Shown here piece after piece: positions 24,052 through 33,245 of a stretch of 64,000 nucleotides of DNA (position 1 is its first letter; the number at the start of each line of letters is the position of its first letter). The position numbers were made by a program, and so were the translations under genes. The notes below the pieces were generated by a model, which was not told the DNA's origin, did no database searches, and saw only the letters and a list, made by a program, of their open reading frames with translations. The DNA is from an uncultured Verrucomicrobiota bacterium (GTDB taxonomy: Bacteria; Verrucomicrobiota; Kiritimatiellia; RFP12; UBA3636), in contig CALDQE010000026.1 of NCBI GenBank assembly GCA_937911295.1, forward strand, positions 3,324 to 67,323. The letters are read 5' to 3'.

Positions 24052-26040
24052 ATGCAAGCAAAAGCAAAAAAGACAACTACAAAGGCTAAAAATCCGGCTG
24101 CTCAGCCAGCAGCACCTGCTCAAATAAAGCGCGAAACTCTACGTATCACAGATACAACCCTACGTGATGCTCATCAATCCCTATGGGCAACACGCCTACG
24201 TACAAGCGATATCATGGATGTTATCGATATTATGGATAATGCGGGCTTCTATTCTCTAGAATGCTGGGGTGGTGCTACCTTCGATGTTTGTATGCGTTTC
24301 CTTCGCGAAAATCCTTGGGAGCGCCTACGCCAAATTAAGGCACACGCAAAAAATACTCCTCTCCAAATGCTTATCCGTGGTCAGAATATACTAGGCTATC
24401 GCAATTATGCAGATGATTTATTGGAGCGCTTTATTGCTCTTGCAGCTCAAAATGGTATTGATATTTTCCGTACCTTTGATGCTCTTAACGATAACCGCAA
24501 TATTGAAAAATCTATCAAATATATTAAGCGCTATGGTGGCCATGCTCAAGGTACAATTTGCTATACCATTAGCCCTGTACATACAATTGAAAAGTATGTA
24601 GAAATTGCTCGTGAACAAGAGCAGATGGGTGTTGATTCTATCTGTATCAAGGATATGGCTGGTATTCTTTCTCCTCTTGTTACTAAGAACCTTGTTTCCG
24701 CCCTAACAAAGGCTGTTAAGGTGCCAATTCAAATCCACTCTCATGCAACGAGCGGTATGGCTGTTCCTGCATACCTCGAGGGCGTTTTGGCTGGTGCTGG
24801 TGCAATTGACTGTGCTGTTTCTTCTATGGCTGGGTTCTCTTCACAGCCTCCTGTTGAAACAATGCTCTCAATCTTTGATGAAACTCAGTTTAATGCAAAT
24901 ATTGATCGCGATGCAATTCGCAAGATAAATGCTCATTTCTTAAAGCTCCGCCCAACACGTGAGCCAAATCACAGCATGCCTTCAATTATTGATCCAGAGA
25001 TTTTGGTACATAATATCCCAGGTGGTATGATTTCTAACCTTCGCTCACAGCTTGCACAACAGGATGCTCTAGATCGTCTTGATGATGTTCTAACAGAGCT
25101 ACCAAAGGTTCGTGCGGATATGGGTTATCCTCCACTAGTAACACCAACAAGCCAAATCGTTGGTGTACAATCTGTATTGAATGTTCTTTCTGGCGAACGC
25201 TATAGCATGATCACTCAAGAAACACGTGATTATGTTAAAGGTCTATATGGTGCTGCACCAGCCCCAATTGATCCAAAGCTAAAGAAGAAGATTCTTGGTA
25301 AGGAGAAGGCAATCACATGTCGTCCAGCTGATTTGTTAAAGCCAAATCTACCTGGTTGTGTAGATAGTGTTGATCCACATCTAATTAAGAGTGAGGAGGA
25401 CATTATTTCCTTCTGCTTATTCCCAGAGCCAGCACTTTCTTATTTCACATGGAGAGATCTTCCTCCTGAGCAGCGTCCTGCAATTCCAGCTGATGAGGAG
25501 CTAGAAGCACGTCGTAAGGCTAAGCTTGGTGTTGCAGCATCTGAGCCAGCACGCCCAATTATGGCTCAAGCTGACTATGTTGCTTTAGAGAGCTTAATGT
25601 CTACAGTAAAGCAGCTTGGTATTTCTGAGCTAACAATTCGTCGTAATGATGTTGCTGTAACACTAAAGGATTCTGCTCCTGCTGCTGTTCCTGCTGCTCC
25701 ATTAACAGGAGCCGCTCCAGTCGCACCTGCTGCAGAGGTTGCTGCTGCTGCATCACCTGCAACAATTTCAGAGGATAAGCCAGTAAGTAATGCAAGCAAT
25801 CATCCAACAATTGAAGCACCTTTAACAGGTACCTTCTATCGTAGCTCTGGTCTTAATAAGCCAGTTCTTGTAGAAGAGGGTGGTAGTGTTAAAGCTGGTG
25901 AGGCTTTCTGCATTATTGAAGCAATGAAGCTATTTAATCAGATTAAGGCAGAGCGTCCATGCAAGATAGTTAAGTTCTTGGCTCAGCATGGTAAGGTTGT
26001 CCAAAAGGGTTCACCAATAGCAATTGTTGAATATCTATAA
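24052..26040 (+). CDS. pyruvate/oxaloacetate carboxyltransferase (5S / OadA / PycB type) fused to a full-length AccB-type biotin carboxyl carrier protein
   Basis: N-terminal domain motifs DTTLRDAHQS, IKDMAG and IHSHATSG. The C-terminal ~150 aa are colinear with AccB (LGISELTI, an Ala/Pro linker, APLTGTFYRSSG, CIIEAMKLFNQI). Confidence 0.9.
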   Translation: MQAKAKKTTTKAKNPAAQPAAPAQIKRETLRITDTTLRDAHQSLWATRLRTSDIMDVIDIMDNAGFYSLECWGGATFDVCMRFLRENPWERLRQIKAHAKNTPLQMLIRGQNILGYRNYADDLLERFIALAAQNGIDIFRTFDALNDNRNIEKSIKYIKRYGGHAQGTICYTISPVHTIEKYVEIAREQEQMGVDSICIKDMAGILSPLVTKNLVSALTKAVKVPIQIHSHATSGMAVPAYLEGVLAGAGAIDCAVSSMAGFSSQPPVETMLSIFDETQFNANIDRDAIRKINAHFLKLRPTREPNHSMPSIIDPEILVHNIPGGMISNLRSQLAQQDALDRLDDVLTELPKVRADMGYPPLVTPTSQIVGVQSVLNVLSGERYSMITQETRDYVKGLYGAAPAPIDPKLKKKILGKEKAITCRPADLLKPNLPGCVDSVDPHLIKSEEDIISFCLFPEPALSYFTWRDLPPEQRPAIPADEELEARRKAKLGVAASEPARPIMAQADYVALESLMSTVKQLGISELTIRRNDVAVTLKDSAPAAVPAAPLTGAAPVAPAAEVAAAASPATISEDKPVSNASNHPTIEAPLTGTFYRSSGLNKPVLVEEGGSVKAGEAFCIIEAMKLFNQIKAERPCKIVKFLAQHGKVVQKGSPIAIVEYL

Positions 26041-26060
26041 TAGCTAAAACAAAAATTATA

Positions 26061-26091
26061 AAAAGCCCACGGCATTGGTCGTGGGCTTTTT
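26061..26091 (+). terminator. rho-independent terminator of the acc operon
   Basis: GCCCACG (26065-26071) pairs with CGTGGGC (26080-26086), followed by TTTTT. Confidence 0.85.
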
Positions 26092-26264
26092 AGTAATATG
26101 GATTTTGTTCGTTACATTCCTAGCGGACAATTATTTTTGCATTTAGTTTGTCGTTTCACTCCACATCATTTTACTCAAAAATATTGTAGTATATATTTAT
26201 TAGTTTATGGTATAATAGCAGTGTCGTTTGAGAAAAGCCTAATGTTTGAAAGTGAGGTATATAA

Positions 26265-27248
26265 ATGTTTTTTAAGAGAATTTTCTGGGTGATACTAGGA
26301 GTGGTCCCTTTTCTGACTGTAGGTTGTAATGCTGAACCTACTAATACTGTATCCACATCACAAGAAAGTGTTAATACTCAAAAGCAAGAGAAGGCAGCAA
26401 TTTCTCCGTCTATTCCACAAAAGAATCAAATTAAGGTTTGTACTTGGAATATGCGTTGGTTTCCAAGTGGCTCTCCTGTACAAAAACCAGCAAAGGATGA
26501 ATTTAAGCGAACAGATTCAGCCGCTCGATTCCTAAATTGGCAGAAGGTTGATATTGTTATGCTTCAGGAGGTGCGTAGTGCTGAGGTTGTTACCAATCTT
26601 ATTAAGCAAATGGACCGTCCAGATATGAAGGTCGCTGCTTGCACTGAGTTTCCAACCCTTCCAACAGATCCTGTTCCTTCTCACCAAAATGCAATTATTA
26701 CACACCTGCCAGTAATTGCTTCTGGCTATGCTAAATGGGAAAAAACAGAGGAGCTTGAGCCTCCACGTGGGTATGCGTATGCTGTAGTCGATTATGATGG
26801 TTCTCTTGTGCTGTGCTTTAGTGTTCACTTTAAGAGTAATTTTATTGCAGCCGATGAAGATCCAGAAAAAACTCCTATTATAAATCGAAAAACACGCGAG
26901 CTAACTGCTCGCCAGTTTGTCGCAATAGCAGATAAACTTTCTAACCAAGAGTACAATGGTAGAAAGGTTGAGGCGGTATTTCTTGCTGGTGATTTTAATA
27001 CATCAATATTTGATGAAAACTTTAAGGGGGAAACTACAATTCAAACAATTATTGATGGAGGGTATCGTGATGTTTATGCCGATGTCCCACAGGATAAACG
27101 CGAAACAATGCCAGCCACAAAGTGGCATCCATCTACAGTGTTTGATTATATCTTCTACAAGGGCGAGAAGAAGCTTAATGATCCATATATTGCACCAAAG
27201 CAATGGACCTCAGACCATCGTATGGTGACAATTAAGCTTGTAAAATAA
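26265..27248 (+). CDS. endonuclease/exonuclease/phosphatase (EEP) family lipoprotein
   Basis: Lipobox-like LTVGC; WNMRWF, DIVMLQEV, the GDFN motif, and a C-terminal SDH. A TGgTATAAT sits upstream at 26205-26213. Confidence 0.8.
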   Translation: MFFKRIFWVILGVVPFLTVGCNAEPTNTVSTSQESVNTQKQEKAAISPSIPQKNQIKVCTWNMRWFPSGSPVQKPAKDEFKRTDSAARFLNWQKVDIVMLQEVRSAEVVTNLIKQMDRPDMKVAACTEFPTLPTDPVPSHQNAIITHLPVIASGYAKWEKTEELEPPRGYAYAVVDYDGSLVLCFSVHFKSNFIAADEDPEKTPIINRKTRELTARQFVAIADKLSNQEYNGRKVEAVFLAGDFNTSIFDENFKGETTIQTIIDGGYRDVYADVPQDKRETMPATKWHPSTVFDYIFYKGEKKLNDPYIAPKQWTSDHRMVTIKLVK

Positions 27249-27542
27249 TCTCTAAATTATATTAACCCCAAATCCAGAAACTCATTGACTAGACTGGCCA
27301 ATGAATTGGCTTCTTCAACGATGCTTTGTCTCTCGCAAAAGGCTTTGGCGTTGTAGCTCTACACGTACACAGATATTGTGATAACGTGTGTGCTCTTGCT
27401 GCTGTACACGAAAGGCTTTTAACGGTGAAAAACAGATTTACGTAATCTCTGAATTTGGTACAAAAGTGTTTACTTCTAAAAATTATAAGAGTATAATTTC
27501 AAAATTGTTTTTTACTCTAGAATTATTTATAAGGAGTTTGTT

Positions 27543-28355
27543 ATGAATATCCCTTTCAAAGCAATGACAATAGCTGGCTCAGATGTTAGCGGTGGTGCAG
27601 GATTAGAAGCTGATTTGAAGACTTTTCAGGAGCATGGTGTCTATGGTATGGTCGCACTTACTTGTATCGTAGCACAAAACCCTACTGCTGAATGGCGTCA
27701 TGATGTTTATCCTGTAGAATTAAGCGTTATTGAAGCACAGCTTGCTACAATTTTAGATGGTATCGGTGTTAATGCAGCAAAAACAGGTATGCTCGCTACT
27801 CATGAACTTATTCAGTTGGTTGTTAAAACAATAAAAGAACATAATACACCAAATCTTGTTGTTGATCCTGTAATGGCTTGCAAAGGTGCCGCAACACCAC
27901 TTAACCCAGAGGTCGCTAATGCTCTTCGTGATGAACTTATGCCTCTTTCTACGGTGATTACTCCAAATCTCTATGAGGCAGCTATTATGTCTGGCTTGGG
28001 AGAAATCAATACTGTAGAAGGTATGGAAAAAGCTGCTAAGGAGCTCTGCAAGGCTGGTGCAAGAACTGTTCTAATTAAAGGTGGCAATAAATTGCCTAAT
28101 GCTTCAAAGGCAATTGATGTTGTTTGCACTGCTGGCGAAATTACTCGATTAGAAAGCGATTTAATCCCAAATGCTTATACACATGGTGCAGGATGCACAA
28201 TTTCTGCAGCAATCTGTGCAAATTTGGCAATGGGTATGCCTGTCGGCGAAGCAATAATTAAAGCTAAGGAGTTTGAACAAAAAGCTCTGGAAGGTTCTTT
28301 CCCTCTTAACAAATGGGTTGGTCCATTGCGCCATTCTGCTTGGCGTGGGATGTAA
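27543..28355 (+). CDS. pdxK: pyridoxine/pyridoxal/pyridoxamine kinase (PdxK of the ThiD family)
   Basis: TIAGSDVSGGAGLEADLKTFQEHGVYGM...AQLATILDGIGVNAAKTGML. It looks closer to Bacillus PdxK than to ThiD, from memory. Confidence 0.8.
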   Translation: MNIPFKAMTIAGSDVSGGAGLEADLKTFQEHGVYGMVALTCIVAQNPTAEWRHDVYPVELSVIEAQLATILDGIGVNAAKTGMLATHELIQLVVKTIKEHNTPNLVVDPVMACKGAATPLNPEVANALRDELMPLSTVITPNLYEAAIMSGLGEINTVEGMEKAAKELCKAGARTVLIKGGNKLPNASKAIDVVCTAGEITRLESDLIPNAYTHGAGCTISAAICANLAMGMPVGEAIIKAKEFEQKALEGSFPLNKWVGPLRHSAWRGM

Positions 28356-28380
28356 TCTTTCATTGTATTGAGTGTTTGCT

Positions 28381-28905
28381 ATGGCTGTTGAGGTAGAACA
28401 AAATAGAAATAAACAAAGAGCCACACTCCGCGATGTTGCTGAAGCAGCAGATTGCTCTGTTGCTTTGGCTTCTCATGTGCTTAATAAGTCCTATGGTAAT
28501 ATCAGTTGCACTGAGGAGGTTCGCCAAAAAATAGAACAAACAGCTGCTGAGTTAGGATATTCCTCAATGCGTAGCCGCCATTTGCCTCAATTTGTACGCT
28601 CGTTTAAAATAGGCGTAAATGTTGCCCCTCTTGCTCAGGTAAATAGTTTAGTAGAAACCCTAACAAGCTTAGAAAGAACAGCGGATGGATTAGGCTACAC
28701 ATTAGTTGTTTATGGATATTCTACTTCTGTAAAAAAGGCAATTAGCTTTTTTGAAAAAAAATTAAAATCATCTCAGCTTGATGCTGTTGTTGATCTAACC
28801 GGAAATGCCGAAGTAGAAAAGGCTATTTCTTCTTTAACGACGAGCTTCCTGAAAATTGGACCTAATATTGCAAAACGCTTAGAGACATTGATAAAATCAT
28901 TATAG
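28381..28905 (+). CDS. short LacI-type HTH protein (roughly half the normal LacI-family length)
   Basis: ATLRDVAEAADCSVALASHVLNKSYGNISCTEEVRQKIEQTAAELGY is a LacI/GalR HTH. Only about 110 aa follow it. A GTG at 28372 is an alternative start. Confidence 0.6.
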   Translation: MAVEVEQNRNKQRATLRDVAEAADCSVALASHVLNKSYGNISCTEEVRQKIEQTAAELGYSSMRSRHLPQFVRSFKIGVNVAPLAQVNSLVETLTSLERTADGLGYTLVVYGYSTSVKKAISFFEKKLKSSQLDAVVDLTGNAEVEKAISSLTTSFLKIGPNIAKRLETLIKSL

Positions 28906-28919
28906 AATTAGAGGTAAAA

Positions 28920-29741
28920 ATGAATTTTAAAAATCCAGATTCTTCTATATTAAAAGATAAGAAGCTTTATATTTTTGATATGGATGGCACAATTTATCTT
29001 GGGAATAAGGTGTTCCCTTTTGCTATTCGGTTTATCAATAATCTTCGTGCAGCTGGAAAGAAAATTCTGTTTTTCACAAATAATGCATCTCATACAACAG
29101 ATTTTTATGTGAATAAACTAACAAGACTCGGATTTTCGCCAATTCGTGAAGAAATTATGACTTCCGGTGATGTTACCATTGAGTTTTTAAAGCGACATCG
29201 CCCTGGCAAAACTGTCTATCTTGTTGGGACAGATGAATTGGTTGAAAATTTTCGTAAAAAAAATATCACATTGCTTTCAGGAAGCGAAGAATGTGCAGAT
29301 ATTGTGGTGACTAGCTTTGATACTACTCTGACTTATGAGAAGCTAGATAATGCTTGCCGTATGGTGAGAAATGGGGCAGAGTATCTATCAACACATCCTG
29401 ATTTTAATTGCCCAACAGAAACTGGGTTTATACCTGATAGTGGAGCAATTGCTGCGTTTGTTACTGCTTCTACTGGTAAAAAACCGACATATTTTGGTAA
29501 ACCATATAAAGAAACAATAGAAATGATTTGCGAGGCTACAGGTCTTGAATGTAAGGATATGTGTATATTTGGGGACCGTCTATACACAGATATTGCAGTG
29601 GGTAAACGCCATGGAGTGACAGCAACTCTCGTTTTGTCAGGTGAGACCACAATTGAGGATGTAGACTCTGCCACAGAGGCAGATAAGCCAGATTTTGTCT
29701 TTGAATCGCTTGATGATGTTGATAAGTTAATGTTTTCGTAG
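28920..29741 (+). CDS. HAD-IIA family hydrolase (NagD-like sugar/nucleotide phosphatase)
   Basis: FDMDGTIY (motif I), FFTNNAS (motif II), and a C-terminal GDRLYTDI. Confidence 0.85.
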   Translation: MNFKNPDSSILKDKKLYIFDMDGTIYLGNKVFPFAIRFINNLRAAGKKILFFTNNASHTTDFYVNKLTRLGFSPIREEIMTSGDVTIEFLKRHRPGKTVYLVGTDELVENFRKKNITLLSGSEECADIVVTSFDTTLTYEKLDNACRMVRNGAEYLSTHPDFNCPTETGFIPDSGAIAAFVTASTGKKPTYFGKPYKETIEMICEATGLECKDMCIFGDRLYTDIAVGKRHGVTATLVLSGETTIEDVDSATEADKPDFVFESLDDVDKLMFS

Positions 29742-29908
29742 GGCATTAAGTTTTTTTTTGTGGCAGTGTCCCAATTATACGAAAGAATTTCTTTTGAAAA
29801 GTAATTGCCAACGAAATAATCTTGTTTTTAATATTTAAAGATGATAAAATTTTTTAATATATTTATTATACAATTTGTGTCCAATTTTATTAGTTTTTAG
29901 GAGAAAAT

Positions 29909-31234
29909 ATGAGCTTTGTTCCACCAGTAAAAGAATTACGTAAATTAGAAGCATTGAAAGCAGAGAGAGGCGGCAAAAATTTTGTTTTTGCGTGGGAGCG
30001 TGATAATGGGCGGTGCTTCCGCTTTTCAATTCCAGTGCCAACTGGCATGGAGGGTGAACGCGAGGTTGCTGTATTGGCTGAGCGTGCGGTAAAATTTGTT
30101 CTATGGGCTGCTGGCGGTTGGAAGCTACATCTTGCAGGACCAGATGCTATCTGTGATTATGTTATGAGCCAATATAGTGCAGGAGGAGCAAGAGACTTTG
30201 ACCGCGATATGATGCTTAAATCGTATGGCAAAGAAATGGAAATTGTTCGCTGCCCAGAGAAAGAGGTCCCAGAAACAAAGGATAATTCTGAAGGTGCTGG
30301 TGTGTCATGGGATGGCTGCCGCATTGGCTTTGATTTAGGAGCGAGTGATTTTAAAATCTCTGCAGTTCAGGATGGGGAAGTGAAATTCAGTGATGAATTT
30401 CCTTGGGACCCACGTAATGCAACAGATCCAGAGTATCATTTTTCAAAATTAAATGAAGGACTTAAGCTTGCTGCTTCACACCTACCTCGCGTTGATGCTA
30501 TTGGTGGAAGCACAGCGGGTATCGTTGTCGATAATCAGATGCGAGTTGCATCTTTGTTCAGAGCAATTGTTCCAGAGAAATATGCGGAGGCACAGCAGCT
30601 GTTTAAGCGTGTTCAGAAGGAGTGGAATGTTCCTGTACATGTAGAGAATGATGGCGATGTGACTGCACTTGCAGCATATTTGACTAGTGGCTCAAATGGT
30701 GTGCTAGGTGTAGCAATGGGCTCAAGTGAGGCTGTTGGCTTTATTGATAAAAATGGTGCCGTAACAGGTCGCCTTAATGAATTAGCATTTGCTACAGCAG
30801 ATTTAGATGAGAATGCACCGGCAGATGAATGGTCTGGAGATACTGGTGTGGGAGCGATGTATTTCTCACAGCAAGCTGTAAATTATCTTGCTGTAAAGGC
30901 TGGGATTGATTTCCCTGCAGAGATGCCTTTGCCAGAGCGTTTGCTAAAGGTTCAAGCTATGATGAAGGAGGGCTCTCCAATTGCTGAGCAAATTTATAAA
31001 ACAATTGGTATGTACCTGGGTCATAATGTGGCATGGTATCATGAGTTCTATGATTTTGATAGCTTGCTAATACTTGGCCGTGTGACAACTGGTCAGGGTG
31101 GCGAAATAATCCTCGAAACAGCTCGCAAAATTGTTGCAGAGGAGTATCCAGAGCTTGCAAATGTTCAAATAACAATGCCTGACGAAAAAGCAAAGCGCCT
31201 TGGTCAGTCAGTTGCTGCTGCAGCATTGACTTGA
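29909..31234 (+). CDS. ROK/ASKHA-type sugar kinase-like protein with ~140-aa N-terminal extension
   Basis: IGFDLGASDFKISAV (phosphate-1 loop), VENDGDVTALAA, and GVAMGSSEAVGFID. Confidence 0.55.
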   Translation: MSFVPPVKELRKLEALKAERGGKNFVFAWERDNGRCFRFSIPVPTGMEGEREVAVLAERAVKFVLWAAGGWKLHLAGPDAICDYVMSQYSAGGARDFDRDMMLKSYGKEMEIVRCPEKEVPETKDNSEGAGVSWDGCRIGFDLGASDFKISAVQDGEVKFSDEFPWDPRNATDPEYHFSKLNEGLKLAASHLPRVDAIGGSTAGIVVDNQMRVASLFRAIVPEKYAEAQQLFKRVQKEWNVPVHVENDGDVTALAAYLTSGSNGVLGVAMGSSEAVGFIDKNGAVTGRLNELAFATADLDENAPADEWSGDTGVGAMYFSQQAVNYLAVKAGIDFPAEMPLPERLLKVQAMMKEGSPIAEQIYKTIGMYLGHNVAWYHEFYDFDSLLILGRVTTGQGGEIILETARKIVAEEYPELANVQITMPDEKAKRLGQSVAAAALT

Positions 31235-31264
31235 TAAATGCGGTTTGTTGCTGTTAGTTGTCAA

Positions 31265-31289
31265 TGAAGGAGGGCGTTGCTCTCCTTCA
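31265..31289 (+). promoter_or_regulatory. hairpin pairing an AAGGAGG Shine-Dalgarno-like sequence
   Basis: TGAAGGAG (31265-31272) pairs with CTCCTTCA (31282-31289). The 9-nt loop contains the in-frame TTG at 31277. Confidence 0.4.
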
Positions 31290-31327
31290 CTGTTAAAGTC
31301 GATAAAATCCGCTATTTGAGTTTTGGT

Positions 31328-31942
31328 ATGATATATATTGATTTAGATGATACAGTCTGTTACACTGCCACAAAGTTGACCTTGTTTGCTGCAAAGATGT
31401 TTGAGCGTCCTTACACAGAAGAGGATATGACAGACTATGATTTGCGGGTTTCATTTAAATTAAGTGAGGAAGAGTATCGCACATATATGCGTGCCTTCCA
31501 TGAGACAGAGCTATTAGGAATTAAGATTTTTCCTCATGCAGCAACAGTTATAAAAAAGTGGCAGCAAAGAGGATGGGAGCCAACCATTGTGACAGGCCGC
31601 CCCACCTACACGAACGAAGCAACACGGCAGTGGCTTGATAACCATGAGCTGTTTGATATTCCAATTATCCATGTTGATAAGTATGGCACACTTTTCTCTA
31701 CTTATGAAGACAAGCTGATAACACCATTCCCAAAGCTTAAGGAAATGGATGTGAAATTTGCTTTGGATGATGCACCTAATGCGTTTGAGCTTATTTCGCA
31801 GCTAGAGCTATGCCCAGCAGCAATTATTACGCGACCATGGAATAAGCGTTATCTGCCTTCAAATCCATCTATTCCAATTACTCGTGTAAATAATTGGCTT
31901 GAAATAGATAGGCTTGTGGAAAATCGCTTTAATGAAATTTAA
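31328..31942 (+). CDS. HAD-superfamily hydrolase, 5'(3')-deoxyribonucleotidase-like
   Basis: MIYIDLDDTV gives a DxDxT motif at the N-terminus, and the C-terminus has LDDAP. The ORF is open from TTG 31277, an alternative start. Confidence 0.6.
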   Translation: MIYIDLDDTVCYTATKLTLFAAKMFERPYTEEDMTDYDLRVSFKLSEEEYRTYMRAFHETELLGIKIFPHAATVIKKWQQRGWEPTIVTGRPTYTNEATRQWLDNHELFDIPIIHVDKYGTLFSTYEDKLITPFPKLKEMDVKFALDDAPNAFELISQLELCPAAIITRPWNKRYLPSNPSIPITRVNNWLEIDRLVENRFNEI

Positions 31943-31979
31943 TTTTTGGGTTTAAAACGAAAAGGAAGGATTATATATT

Positions 31980-33245
31980 ATGCGGAAAAAGTTTGATGTA
32001 ATTGTTGTTGGTGGTGGCTTGGCTGGTGTTTGTGCTGCAATAGCTGCTGCTCGTCAGAAACAAAAAGTTTTACTTATTGAGCAGGAGGGTGCTCTTGGAG
32101 GTGCTCCTGTAAACTGTTTGGTTACGCCTTTTATGCCATTTCACACAAAGCTTAATGGTGTAAATACACGGTTAAACCAAGGTCTAGTTCAAGAGCTTCT
32201 TGATAATTTGGAGAAGCTGGCTGGTGAATATAAAGACCGCATTACCAGTCATTGCCCTTCCTTTAATGAGGAACATTTAAAGATTGTATTAGACCGTATG
32301 TGTAAGAAGGCAAAGGTAACTGTTCTTTTCCATGCAATGCTTTGCAAAAGTCAGGTTAAGGATGAGCATATTACATCAATAACAGTTGCTTGTTCTGGTC
32401 AGCTTCTTCGTTTTAAAGCGACGACATTTATTGATGCAACGGGAGATGCAGACCTTGCTTATATGGCGGGTTGCCCAATTCAGTTGGGTCGCGAATCCGA
32501 TAATCGCTGCCAGCCTATGACACTTTGCTTCCGTGTAGTAAATGTTGATACAGTAAATTGGGATAGAGATGGTATTCAGAAGCTTTACAAGGAGCTTCAA
32601 GCAAAAGGTAAGATAAAGAACCCACGCGAGAATGTTTTGATGTTCTTTGTCCCTCATAAGAATGTGGTTCATTTTAATTCAACACGTGTAATTAAGCATA
32701 ATCCAGTTGATCCGCTAGAGTTGTCAAAGGCAGAAGCACTTGCTCGTGAACAGATGCTGGAGCTATTTACAATGCTTAAGGAGAATTTTGTTGCATTTAA
32801 GGATGCGACATTATTCAATTCTGGCATTAGTATTGGTGTTCGTGAAAGTAGAATGATTATTGGTAAGCATGTTTTGAATGAAACAGAGCTTAAGGATTGC
32901 GTCAAGTTTGAGGATAGAATTGCTGCCGGAAATTATGATATTGATATTCATAGTCCAGATGGAAGTGGTACTAGCCATTATTATTTCCCAGAGGGGCAAT
33001 ATTACACCATTCCATATCGTAGCTTAATTCCTCAAAAGATAAATAATATGCTAGTAGCAGGTCGTTGTATTTCATCAACACATGAGGCACAAGCATCTTA
33101 TCGCATTATGCCGATTGTGAGTGCATTAGGTGAGGCAGCAGGAATTGCTGCTGGTGTTGCAAATAAAGCTGGCGTAGATGTTTCTGATGCTGATTATAAG
33201 GAGATACAGTCAGAGCTATTGAAGGCTGGTGCATTTATTGGTTAA
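31980..33245 (+). CDS. FAD-dependent oxidoreductase
   Basis: DVIVVGGGLAGVCAAIAAAR is a dinucleotide-binding motif. The C-terminus has GRCIS...A..S.R. Confidence 0.8.
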   Translation: MRKKFDVIVVGGGLAGVCAAIAAARQKQKVLLIEQEGALGGAPVNCLVTPFMPFHTKLNGVNTRLNQGLVQELLDNLEKLAGEYKDRITSHCPSFNEEHLKIVLDRMCKKAKVTVLFHAMLCKSQVKDEHITSITVACSGQLLRFKATTFIDATGDADLAYMAGCPIQLGRESDNRCQPMTLCFRVVNVDTVNWDRDGIQKLYKELQAKGKIKNPRENVLMFFVPHKNVVHFNSTRVIKHNPVDPLELSKAEALAREQMLELFTMLKENFVAFKDATLFNSGISIGVRESRMIIGKHVLNETELKDCVKFEDRIAAGNYDIDIHSPDGSGTSHYYFPEGQYYTIPYRSLIPQKINNMLVAGRCISSTHEAQASYRIMPIVSALGEAAGIAAGVANKAGVDVSDADYKEIQSELLKAGAFIG

